Part shown: positions 19,918-29,499 of the stretch, in pieces | Numbering within the stretch: position 1 is the stretch's first letter | Layout: every line of letters begins with the position of its first letter | DNA from: Spirochaetia bacterium | GTDB lineage: Bacteria; Spirochaetota; Spirochaetia; SZUA-6; Bin103 | Direction of reading: 5' to 3' | Assembly: GCA_965198005.1 (NCBI GenBank) | Contig: CBDAOI010000001.1 | Coordinates: forward strand, 160,001-224,000 | Length of the DNA: 64,000 nucleotides | Translations under genes and position numbers: made by a program | The notes under the pieces: generated by a model | What the model saw: only the letters and a program-made list of their open reading frames with translations | Database searches by the model: none | What the model was told of the DNA's origin: nothing

Positions 19918-22671
19918 ATGCCGCCTGATGGCGCGCCGCCGCTGGCGGGAGTGCGGGTGGTCGACTTCGGCCACTACATTGCGGGGCCGCTGACCGGCAT
20001 GCTCCTGGCCGACCAGGGGGCCGAGGTGATCAAGGTCGACCGGCCCGGCAGCCGGAGCGCCGACCGCGCGGATCACGGCGCCGCCGCGGATGCGATGTAC
20101 AACCGCGGCAAGACGCGGCTCGAGCTGGACCTCAAGAGCCCCGCCGGCTTGGCCGCCGCCAAGCGCCTGATCGCCGCCGCCGACGTCGTCATCGAGAACT
20201 TTCGCCCGGGCGTGATGGACCGGCTCGGTCTCGGAGCGCGCGTGGTCACCGAGCGGCATCCGCGCCTGATCTACCTGTCGCTGCCCGGATTCGCGTCGAC
20301 CGACCAGGAGAAGGCCAACATCCGCGCCTTCGAAGGGGTGCTGAACGCGGCCTGCGGGCTGTTTACCGACCTCGACTCGCTGGGCCGCCTGGTCGGAGCG
20401 CCGCCGGTCTACACGCCGATCCCGCTGGCCTCCACCTACGGCGCCATTCACGGCGCGCTGGCGGTGACCCTGGCCCTCTACGGGCGCGCCGAGACCGGGC
20501 GCGGCGAGGTGATCGAGGTGCCGCTGCTGGGGGCGGCGCTGGCGGCGACCGGCGTGCTGCTGTACCGCGTGGCGAAGCAGCCGGTCCGGTACGGCATGCC
20601 GATCATGCCGCGCTGCACCGAACGGTTCCTGGTGCCGCTGGTGCGGGCGTACGTGCGCCTCACCGGCGGCCGCGGCTGGCGCGCCATCCTGCGGCGACTG
20701 GGCCGCATCCACCCCGGTCCGAACGACAGCTACCGCACCGGCGACGGCCGCTGGGTGTTCCTGCTGGCCGGCGGCAACTCCAACCACAGCCAGGCGTTCC
20801 TCAAGGCGATGGGGCTGTACGACGAGCTGATCCAGGCCGGCATGGTCGACCGCTACGTGTACGAAAACCTGGAGCTGACCAACAACGTCCAGGATTGGAC
20901 CATGCTGCGCAGGTCCTGGAAGCGCAGGATCCGGAAGCGGCTGACGCGGCTGTTCGCCGAGCAGCCGGCGGCGCACTGGGAGCAGCTGATCGACGGGAGC
21001 GTGCCGTTCTCGCCGCAGCGCACCGCCGGCGAGTGGCTGCACGCGCCGGAGGCCCTGACCGCCGGGCTTACGGTCGACGTCGACGATCCCCGCCACGGGA
21101 CGATGCGGCAGTTGGGGGTTCAGGTTTCGCTGCGCGGGACCGCGGACCGGTGGTACGACCCGCGCGCCGCGGTCGACGGCGAGCTCGAGGCCGTGCTCAC
21201 GGAGCTGGAGCAGACGCCGGCTGCCGGCCGGACCGCGTCCGGGGCGGCAGCCGGCGGCGCCGGCGGCCCGGAGCGCACGGCCGGCGTCCGGGGCTCGGCA
21301 AGCCGCCCGGCGGCTCCACCGGACGCCGTGTCCCAAACCACCGTGTCCCAAGCCAGCGCGGCCCCGGCCGCAGCGCCCCGGACTGACGCGCCGCAAGCCA
21401 CCGCGCCCCAGGGCACCGACCCCCAGGGCACGGCTCCCCAGGGCACCGCGACCCGGCAGCTCCTGAGCGGCGTCCGGGTGCTGGACCTGTCCAACGTGCT
21501 GGCCGGCCCGTGCAGCGCCCGCACGCTGGCCGAGTACGGCGCGGAGGTGATCAAGATCGACCCGCCCACCACCTACCTCGGCCCGCTGCGGTTCTGCTGG
21601 TTCCCGCTCGAAGTGAGCCAGGGCAAGCGTTCGATGGTGCTCGACCTCAAGACCGAGCAGGGGCTGGGCATCTTCTGGGACCTGCTGCAGACCGCCGACG
21701 TGGTGGTGCACAACTTCCGCCTCGGCGTGGCGGAGCGGCTGGGCATCGACTACGAGAGCGCCAAGCGGCGCAAACCCGACATCGTCTACCTGAGCTTCAC
21801 CGCCTACGGCGGTCCGCGGCCGGGGCCGTGGGCGGCCTGGACCTCGTTCGACCCCGCGGTCCAGGGCGCGACCGGGATCATGCGCCGTTACGGCGGCGAC
21901 GGCAAGCCGGTCCTGCACGGCTGGGGATCGTGCATCGACTACATGGCCGGCTACTCGGCCGCCTACGGAATGGCGCTTGCCCTGTACAAGCGCAGAACCG
22001 GACGCGGCGGCGACCGCGTGTCCGCTTCCCTGGCGCAGGCCGCGCAGCTGGTGCAGGCGCCGTTCATGGTGGCCACCGACAGTCACCGGCCGGGCGGCGA
22101 GCCACACGGACAGCGCGCCCGCGGCGAGCACGCGCTGGCGCGGCTGTACCGCGCGCGCGACGGCTGGCTGTTCGTGCAGGGTCTGCCGTCGGACCTGGCG
22201 CGGGCAGCCACGATCGACGAGCTGGCCGACCTCCCGCTGGGCGAGGCGCGGGACACCGACCGCGTCAGGTTCCTGGAAGCCGCGATCCGGCGGCGTCCCG
22301 TGGCGTTCTGGACCGTGGCCTTCAACCAGGCCGGCCTCGGGTGCCACCGCGTCGATTCGATCGAGCATATCCGCCGCGAGTACCTGCACGAGATGAGCGC
22401 GGACAACCTCACGCGCAACTGGGATGACGGGCGGTCGATCTCGGCCATCAGGATCGCCGACCACCCGGCCGGCGTTCCGGTGGATACGGTGGCGCCCGCC
22501 TATGCCCGGTTCCGCAACACGTCGCTGCGGCTGTGCGGGCCGATGCCGTACATGGGCGGCGATACCCGCGCCATCCTGCTCGAAGCCGGCTATCCCGAAG
22601 CGCGCGTCGACGAGCTGCTGGCCAAGGGCGTGGTCAAACAGCGCTTCCACCGCGACTACCTGCCCGACTGA
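19918..22671 (+). CDS. CaiB/BaiF family III CoA-transferase with two tandem domains
   Basis: Two repeats of L.GVRV.D...AGP...LA..GAEVIK.D and NFR.GV; low-complexity linker with 15-nt repeats at about 21405-21448. Confidence 0.9.
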   Translation: MPPDGAPPLAGVRVVDFGHYIAGPLTGMLLADQGAEVIKVDRPGSRSADRADHGAAADAMYNRGKTRLELDLKSPAGLAAAKRLIAAADVVIENFRPGVMDRLGLGARVVTERHPRLIYLSLPGFASTDQEKANIRAFEGVLNAACGLFTDLDSLGRLVGAPPVYTPIPLASTYGAIHGALAVTLALYGRAETGRGEVIEVPLLGAALAATGVLLYRVAKQPVRYGMPIMPRCTERFLVPLVRAYVRLTGGRGWRAILRRLGRIHPGPNDSYRTGDGRWVFLLAGGNSNHSQAFLKAMGLYDELIQAGMVDRYVYENLELTNNVQDWTMLRRSWKRRIRKRLTRLFAEQPAAHWEQLIDGSVPFSPQRTAGEWLHAPEALTAGLTVDVDDPRHGTMRQLGVQVSLRGTADRWYDPRAAVDGELEAVLTELEQTPAAGRTASGAAAGGAGGPERTAGVRGSASRPAAPPDAVSQTTVSQASAAPAAAPRTDAPQATAPQGTDPQGTAPQGTATRQLLSGVRVLDLSNVLAGPCSARTLAEYGAEVIKIDPPTTYLGPLRFCWFPLEVSQGKRSMVLDLKTEQGLGIFWDLLQTADVVVHNFRLGVAERLGIDYESAKRRKPDIVYLSFTAYGGPRPGPWAAWTSFDPAVQGATGIMRRYGGDGKPVLHGWGSCIDYMAGYSAAYGMALALYKRRTGRGGDRVSASLAQAAQLVQAPFMVATDSHRPGGEPHGQRARGEHALARLYRARDGWLFVQGLPSDLARAATIDELADLPLGEARDTDRVRFLEAAIRRRPVAFWTVAFNQAGLGCHRVDSIEHIRREYLHEMSADNLTRNWDDGRSISAIRIADHPAGVPVDTVAPAYARFRNTSLRLCGPMPYMGGDTRAILLEAGYPEARVDELLAKGVVKQRFHRDYLPD

Positions 22672-22726
22672 CGCGCCCGGTCAGTCGACGAGTCAGCCGT
22701 CCTGCACGCGTAGCAGGCCGAACGAC

Positions 22727-23647
22727 CTACTTGACCGACCTCGCGGCATCGGCATCAAGACGCCCTTCGCCACCCCTCAGCCGCGGGTCGAGCAGGTCGC
22801 GCATGGCATCGCCGAACATGTTGAGAACGTACACGACAACCGTCAGGCACAGACCGGGCCACAGCGCCAGCCATGGCGCCACCTCCATGTGCGTACGCCC
22901 ATCGCCGCTGAGCATCGCTCCCCAGCTCGGAATCTGCGCGGGCAGACCGAATCCCAGGAAGCTCAGGGACGCCTCGGCCATGATCACCCCGCCGACGTTG
23001 ATGCTGAAGATGACGATCACCGGAGCGGCAATATTGGGCAGGACATGGCGGATGAGTGTTCGCCACTTGGTGCTGCCACTCGCCTCTGCCGCCTGAAAAT
23101 AGACCCCCTCCTTCACACCGATAACCGCGCTGCGCAGCACCCGCGAGCCGCCGATGCCTCCCGATATCCCCAGGACCAGGACGATCTGCGGTATACCCCG
23201 TCCCGTTATGGACATCACGGTGAGCAGGATGAGCAGTCCCGGGAAGGCCATCCAGGCATCGACAAACCTCTGCACCACCAGGTCGAGCTTGCCACCGAGG
23301 AATCCTGAAGTGCCGCCTACCAGGAAGGCGACGATAACGTTGACCGTGGTCGCCGCCAGACCGACACCCAACGAGAGACGGGCCGCGAAGATGAGGCGGC
23401 TCAAGAAGTCTCGCCCCAACTGGTCGGTACCGAGCAGATACGTGGCCGATGGGGCCTGCAGCCGGTCTACCAGGTGTTGTTCATCCATTGGATAGGGGGC
23501 CAGCACCTCGGCAAAGATGCTGACCAGAATCAACAGCAACACCACAATCCCGCTGGCGGTACCCAGCGGCTTCTCCCTGACCAGCCTCAGGAAGAAATCG
23601 GCCAGCCCGGCATGGCGCGCGGACTCACGCACCGGAGAGCGCCTCAT
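22727..23647 (-). CDS. ABC peptide/nickel permease (DppC-like), module 1
   Basis: LLGTDQLGRD, RHVLPN, AEASLSFLGFG and GDAMRDLLDPR. Confidence 0.93.
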   Translation of the reverse strand: MRRSPVRESARHAGLADFFLRLVREKPLGTASGIVVLLLILVSIFAEVLAPYPMDEQHLVDRLQAPSATYLLGTDQLGRDFLSRLIFAARLSLGVGLAATTVNVIVAFLVGGTSGFLGGKLDLVVQRFVDAWMAFPGLLILLTVMSITGRGIPQIVLVLGISGGIGGSRVLRSAVIGVKEGVYFQAAEASGSTKWRTLIRHVLPNIAAPVIVIFSINVGGVIMAEASLSFLGFGLPAQIPSWGAMLSGDGRTHMEVAPWLALWPGLCLTVVVYVLNMFGDAMRDLLDPRLRGGEGRLDADAARSVK

Positions 23648-24654
23648 CGATACCGCACCCTGGGGTCCAGATAGGGATAGAGCAGGTCGATGAACAGGTT
23701 GCTTAACAGAACGACACTGGCGAACACCAGATTGACTCCGGAGACGATCGGGTAGTCTCGCTCGGTGAGTCCATTCACCAGGAGCCCACCCAACCCGGGC
23801 AGGTTGAAGATGCTCTCCATGATAACCGAGCCACCTACCAGGATAGGCAACTGCATGCCTACCAGGGTAACCATCGGGATGAGAGCATTCTTGACGGCGT
23901 GGCGCATGATAGTCGCCCCCTCCTTGAGGCCCTTCGACCGCGCAGTCCTGATATAGTCTTGCCGCAGCACCTCCAGCATCATGGTGCGCGTCATCCGCAT
24001 CATGCCGGCGGACAGGGCCGTCCCGAGAATCACGCTGGGAATGATGAGAATCCCGAGATTCCCCAGCGGGTCTTCCATCAGAGAAATGTATTGCAGCGGG
24101 GGCGCCCAGCCCCACCAGATTGCGGGGAAGATCATGACCATGATGCCGAGCCAGAAGTTGGGCGTTGCCATGCCGATGACGGCGATGGTGCGCCCGGCGT
24201 AGTCGGCGGGCGTATCCTGGCGAATCGCCGAGTAGATGCCGACCGGCAGCGCTATCAGCTGCCCGAGCACGAGTGCTATGAGGCCGAGCTGTATCGTTAC
24301 CGGTAGGCTGGCGACGATTCTCTGCCGCACGGTAAGACCGCCAAACAGTGAATCGCCGAGGGAGCCCTGCAGCAGACCGTTGAAGCGAGGCTCACCGGTC
24401 ATCCAGTCAGGGGTCGGCAACACTCCCATCCAGCGTCCATACTGCACGTAGACGGGCACGTCCAATCCCAGCATACGCTCCACAGCTTCACGGTCTATGC
24501 CGCTATCGGCCTGGCCGCCTTCGTAGAACATGCGACCTTCGATGATGTCTATGACATCGCCGGGGATGAAGCGCACCAACAGAAAGACCAGGATGGTCAG
24601 TATGAACAGAGTGGGGATGATGAGCAGTAACCGCCTGATAATATAGGCTCTCAC
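23644..24654 (-). CDS. ABC peptide/nickel permease (DppB-like), module 1
   Basis: YIIRRLL, TPNFW, QDYIRTARSKGL and LYPYLDPR. Confidence 0.93.
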   Translation of the reverse strand: MRAYIIRRLLLIIPTLFILTILVFLLVRFIPGDVIDIIEGRMFYEGGQADSGIDREAVERMLGLDVPVYVQYGRWMGVLPTPDWMTGEPRFNGLLQGSLGDSLFGGLTVRQRIVASLPVTIQLGLIALVLGQLIALPVGIYSAIRQDTPADYAGRTIAVIGMATPNFWLGIMVMIFPAIWWGWAPPLQYISLMEDPLGNLGILIIPSVILGTALSAGMMRMTRTMMLEVLRQDYIRTARSKGLKEGATIMRHAVKNALIPMVTLVGMQLPILVGGSVIMESIFNLPGLGGLLVNGLTERDYPIVSGVNLVFASVVLLSNLFIDLLYPYLDPRVRYR

Positions 24655-24691
24655 CTCAAACACCTCATGACGATTTCCCCATCAATGCACA

Positions 24692-24725
24692 GGGGAGCTG
24701 GAAAGCGCGGCGCCTCCCAGCTCCC
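24692..24725 (-). terminator. Stem-loop between the SBP and permease genes
   Basis: gggagctgg...ccagctccc inverted repeat; a homologous hairpin lies at 53477-53510. Confidence 0.55.
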
Positions 24726-24758
24726 TCTTCTCAAGGTCCGTCGGATACGACGAAAACC

Positions 24759-26579
24759 CTAGTGACCCGATGCGGCCTTGAGCTGACTGTCGACCCAGAG
24801 ACGGGCCCAGACATTTCCGTACTGTTGGGATCCGAAGCCGCCTTCGCCACCATAACCCATCACCCACGGCTGGTGCACGGCAAACTGCGGAGCCTCGGGC
24901 CCCCAGATCATCCAGTGCTGCTCTAGGTGGCGCATGTCCATCTCTCTAATCGGCCTGGTCTGCTCCGCCACGGTGGTAGCGGCTACCATTTCGTCATACA
25001 GGGCGTCATATTGCGCGTCGTGCTGTGGTATCTGATGCCACCCGGTAGAACCTCCATAAGACATGGACATCTGCGACCACGGATCAGCCTTGGCGCCGGT
25101 AGACCCCACCCACATGTCCCAGTCATCACTACCTTGTAGGAGAGGGATCAGTTCACTAATGGGAATTGGCTGAATATTGAGCTGAATGCCAACGGCGCCC
25201 CAGAATCCGCTCAGTAATTCTGGCCAGCTCACATCCGAAGTCGAGATGTGTAGGTAGGTGGCCTCGAATCTGGTGCCGTCCGCGCCACGGGGAAGCCCGG
25301 CCTCATCGAGCAGCCTGTTGGCCCCGTCCGGGTCATACCCATAGTATTGCTTGATCTCTTCGGGCCACGCTGCAAACGGGACGCAAAAACCCGCGGAACA
25401 GAAATTGTTGTTCACCAGCCCCATAGGTGTCGTAGAGGCAAATCCCTTGAAGTAGGTAGCGTTGATGGTCTCGAGGTCCAGTGCCATCTGCATCGCCCGG
25501 CGCACCCGGATGTCGTCAAAGGGCGGCTTGGCCGTGTTGATCTTGGTCGCATGATTCGACCGCTCTGTAAACGGGATCACCACGAGCTCCGGGTTGGTCC
25601 GCATGAGGCTCTCTGCCTGGTCAATGGTCCTGATTTGAGAGTTGCCGTGCCAACCTGCGTAATCGGCCTGACCCGAGCGCAGTGCCGCCATGATGGTTGC
25701 CGGCTCGCTCATATACAGGCCCTTTAGCTCGTCAATATAGGGTAAGCGGTTCTCTGGATATTTCTCGTCGAAGCCCCAGTAGTTGGGATTCTTGGTCCAG
25801 GTGATAGAGCTGTCGAGGACAAAGTCAGTCATCATGAAGGGCCCGGTGCCGACAATATTCCTCCAATCCTGCATGTCCCCGTATTGCTCGATTACCTCGG
25901 GAGGCTGTATGAACATATAGAGTTGGTCCAACATATGCTGTTCGGCACGGAGTCTGGGCTCCTTCAGCCTCACCACGAGCGTGTATTTGTCGGTGGCCGT
26001 TAGCGATTCCCAGGGCAAAGTTCCGAGCGCATCTACTCGCGGGGAAGGTTCGGCTTCGCTGAACCGGGTGCCGGTCAGTTTGTTTCCCAACATGCGGTGA
26101 AAGTTGAACTCGACATCCTGGGCAGTGAGCTCCCGCCCGTTCATCGGCGGCTTGTCATGCCAGTGGACGCCCTGGCGGATGTGGAAGATATAGGTGGTGG
26201 CGTCGGGCTGTTCCCAGCTTTCAGCTAGTGCCCCGCTAAGGGCGGACAGAGGCGGGGGATAGCCGCCGACGAAATGAAATGCGTCCCTGTCTATGGCCCA
26301 GTCCACCGTGCCCAGTTTCTCTAGCACGCCACTCATGACTTGACCCGCTCCCTGGCCAAACCAGGCGTCACGAGGCTCAACGGTGGTATTCAGCACGTAG
26401 ATCATTGTCCCGCCATACTCTGGCGCGGTGAACACCTTGCCGGTGACCGGGTCGGTGACGTATTGCTTGTCGGCGGCGGCGGCCGGCTGCTCTTCTTCGC
26501 CGGCGGCCCACAGGGCGGTTGCGGCAAGAACGAGACCGACCAGCACGGCCAGGCACGTTCTGCAGGTTGCGAATCTCAT
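24759..26579 (-). CDS. Family-5 ABC substrate-binding protein, module 1
   Basis: Signal peptide, PEYGG, LAESWE, GVHWHDKPPMNGRELTA, GTGPF and PFDDIRVRRA. Confidence 0.93.
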   Translation of the reverse strand: MRFATCRTCLAVLVGLVLAATALWAAGEEEQPAAAADKQYVTDPVTGKVFTAPEYGGTMIYVLNTTVEPRDAWFGQGAGQVMSGVLEKLGTVDWAIDRDAFHFVGGYPPPLSALSGALAESWEQPDATTYIFHIRQGVHWHDKPPMNGRELTAQDVEFNFHRMLGNKLTGTRFSEAEPSPRVDALGTLPWESLTATDKYTLVVRLKEPRLRAEQHMLDQLYMFIQPPEVIEQYGDMQDWRNIVGTGPFMMTDFVLDSSITWTKNPNYWGFDEKYPENRLPYIDELKGLYMSEPATIMAALRSGQADYAGWHGNSQIRTIDQAESLMRTNPELVVIPFTERSNHATKINTAKPPFDDIRVRRAMQMALDLETINATYFKGFASTTPMGLVNNNFCSAGFCVPFAAWPEEIKQYYGYDPDGANRLLDEAGLPRGADGTRFEATYLHISTSDVSWPELLSGFWGAVGIQLNIQPIPISELIPLLQGSDDWDMWVGSTGAKADPWSQMSMSYGGSTGWHQIPQHDAQYDALYDEMVAATTVAEQTRPIREMDMRHLEQHWMIWGPEAPQFAVHQPWVMGYGGEGGFGSQQYGNVWARLWVDSQLKAASGH

Positions 26580-26932
26580 GATATGTCTCCTCTTCTTCAA
26601 GAGTCGGCACGGTCACACCGTGATACGGAGGACCATGAACAACGATGCTCAGGCATCGCCCGCTGGTCAGCTCTTTCGGACCAGCATGCAACGGACTGCC
26701 GCCCCTCGTCGGCTCTCGAAGGCTGGCTGCGGTAGCCGGTTCCGGCGAGGGGGACATCTTCGGTTATTCGGTTATTCGGTTATTCGGTTGATCGTGAATT
26801 ACATCCGCACCTCCTGATTCGTGCGCCAGCTACCGGCCGCCCGGCGAGCGTTCGGGACAGGAGTCGAAAACCCGGTGCAGGGAGATCGGCGAAGCGCGGA
26901 GTCTGATTGGCCGGCACCGCCGGCATGGTGGA

Positions 26933-27065
26933 CGTAGACGAACGGAATGGGCCAATGCGGCACCCCGGGGGCGGTGCTCGGGCGCCAGTAGCGTGGGCCG
27001 GTGAACTGCAATGCGTAGTCAAGCATCATCCGTATCCGTTCGAGTCCCCAACCCCGATACCATCG
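26933..27065 (-). promoter_or_regulatory. Repeated promoter/leader element, copy A (no G tract)
   Basis: Shares gcgtagtcaagcatcatccgta..cgttc.agtccccaaccccgataccat with 34212-34372 and 55716-55877. Confidence 0.7.
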
Positions 27066-27121
27066 CGAAGGGCCGGCCCGCCGGCCTTGCAGGCCCGCGC
27101 GAGACGGCCTACGCTGCCGCC

Positions 27122-28146
27122 ATGGCCAGCATCAAGGCACCGCCCACCAGGCGGCACGACGTATACGAAGTAGGGCAACCCCGGCACGCCCAGCCGCCGG
27201 CATTCCCGGGCTGCAAGCCCGTCCGCCTGCCGCGCACCGAGATCGACCGCTTCGAGGGGCGCCTCGAGTATTGGGATGCGGCCACCGAGACCGCCTGGAT
27301 CTGCGAGCCGACCACTCCCTATCACGAGCGGCCCTCGCGGCTCCTGACGCGCCTGGCCGAGCGGATTGCCGGCGTGCGCGGTTCGCCGATCGAATGCTAC
27401 GGCTCGATGGACCTGCTGCTGCGCGACGCCGGCGGCGAGCCGCGGCGCATCATGCAGGCGGACGAGTCGGTGTACCTGCATCCGGCGCGGGCCAAGCCGG
27501 GGCGGCCATGGTGGTCGGCGAGGACGACTTCCCCGACGTGGTGCTGGAGCCGGGGCCGGCGGCCATGGTGGTCGGCGAGGATGACTTCCCCGACGTGGTG
27601 CTGGAAGTGGATCACACTACGGACGCGCGGCGGGCCAAGCTGGCGCTGTACGAGGACTGGGGCTTCCCGGAAGTGTGGGTGGAGGTGCCGGACACGCTGT
27701 CGCCGAGGCGGGCACGTGGGCGCCGCCCGGGACTGACGATTCACCTGCTGGAGCATGGTCGGTTCCGGGTTGCGGCCGAGAGCCGGGCGTTTCCCGGCTG
27801 GCAGGCGGACGAGATTCACGAAGCGTTGAACGAGCCGGCGCCGTCCGCGCGCACCAGCACGGTGGTGGAGCGAGTCGGGGCGGCGCTGGGCGCGCGCGCA
27901 GGCACCGGCCCGGACGACGACCCGCTGCTGCGCTCGCAACGGCGCCAGGGGTTCGAGCGCGGTCGGGCGCAGATGGTCCGTCAGATACTGCGGTCACGGG
28001 GCATCAAGGTGTCGCCGAGGTTCCCCGCCGACGCGGCGGCGTTCGCCGCGGCGTCCGAGGAGGCGTTGCTGGCGGCGGCGCTTGGCTGCGCGGCTGAGGC
28101 GGACTTCATTGCCGCGCTCCGAAGATTGCGCGACCAGGGCGGCTGA
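27122..28146 (+). pseudogene. Uma2-family endonuclease-like gene, frameshifted at an internal tandem duplication
   Basis: GRLEYWD, QADESVY, PDVVLEVDHT, KLALYEDWGFPEVW; duplicated segment 27501-27548/27558-27605. Confidence 0.8.
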
Positions 28147-28224
28147 CCTCGACGATGATGATGCCGCCGAACCCGGCCTCGGTTGCCTTCCCGCTGGCCG
28201 AGATGGTACGTTTCCAGCGGTTTC

Positions 28225-28638
28225 ATGCGCCATACGACGGAAATCTCGTTAGTCAATCGAGCCGATGAAATCCGGGCTGAGAGCGGCATCATCGAGCGCG
28301 CGAGAGTGCGGCGGCTGGTAGTGCGCGATGCGTTGGTCGACACCGGTGCCACCCGGCTCTCGTTGCCTCAATCCCTGATCTCCCAGTTGGGGCTCACGCC
28401 GGTCGGCACGACGCGTTCCTTTACCGCCAACGGCACCGTGGAGCGGAGCATCTATTCGGAGGTCAGATTCACCGTCCTGGGGAGGTCCGGCACGCTCGAG
28501 GTTACCAACCTCCCCGACGGCGCGCCGGTGCTGGTCGGCCATATGGTCATGGAATTACTGGACTTGGCCGTGGACATGCAGCGCGGTCTCATCTACAACC
28601 CCGCCCACGATGGCAAGTGGATCGAGGAGCAACTCTGA
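28225..28638 (+). CDS. Clan AA aspartyl protease-like protein
   Basis: ALVDTGAT and PVLVG...ELLDL. Confidence 0.85.
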   Translation: MRHTTEISLVNRADEIRAESGIIERARVRRLVVRDALVDTGATRLSLPQSLISQLGLTPVGTTRSFTANGTVERSIYSEVRFTVLGRSGTLEVTNLPDGAPVLVGHMVMELLDLAVDMQRGLIYNPAHDGKWIEEQL

Positions 28639-28644
28639 ACCGGG

Positions 28645-29342
28645 GCACCACATGGCATGCTCAGTGGGTCTCTCTCGTTGAGGGCGAGCAGCATGAGACG
28701 CCCGAGCCCCGGCTAGCTAGTGCGTTCTTGATGGCGTGTCGCACGACCACCACGCGCTCGCGCGCCCCTTTGGCCCACGCAGTGCGAATGTAGTCCTGCC
28801 TCAGCACCTCGAGCATCATCGTGCGCGTCATGCGCATGACGGCGGCGGCGCCTGCGGTGCCGAGGATCAGACTCGGTACGAAGAACCCAGAAGTTGGGCG
28901 TGGCCAGGCCAACGATCGCCACCGATCGTCCGATGTAGTCGCCCACCTTGTCCCGCCTGATGGCGGAGTAGATGCCCACCGGCAGCGCGATGACCAGGCC
29001 AATCAAGATCGTCAGCAAGCCTAGCTCAAACGTGACCGGCACGCGTCCGAGAATTCGCTCGCCGACCTCCCAACCGTGCAACAGGGATTTGCCGAGGCTG
29101 CCGCGTAGGATGATGTCGCCCACCCAGCGCCCATACTGGACGTATATGGGCTGGTCGAGCCCGAACATCTTCTCGACCGCCGCGGGATCCGCATCGAGAA
29201 TGCCACCGGTCAGCATCATCTGCTCCATCATCACGTCGACGATGTCGCCGGGGATGAAGCGGACCGACAGGAACACCAGCATCGACAGGATGACCAGGGT
29301 CGGAATCGCAAGCAACAGACGACGGATGAGGTACGCTGTCAT
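28645..29342 (-). pseudogene. DppB-like permease with internal deletions, module 2
   Basis: Near-identical to 38635-39597 but lacks about 110 bp near 28885 and most of the 3' part. Confidence 0.85.
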
Positions 29343-29499
29343 CTCACTTGGCAGCCGCAGACCACGCTCCCGCCATACCCGTTCTTGGGAAATTGCAGAG
29401 TCCGCCCTGAGGCGGGTCCACTGCGAGTCGCTTACGGCGAGACGCTCGGGGAGCCCGCCCCAAGGCGGGCTCCTTAACGATCCGTCCGTGGACGGATCG

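Noticed and set aside
282-22650. Long alternative-frame ORFs (e.g. 282-1577, 4372-6771, 15600-17666, 19612-22650)
   Set aside because: These are shadow ORFs overlapping well-supported genes in high-GC DNA and carry no motifs
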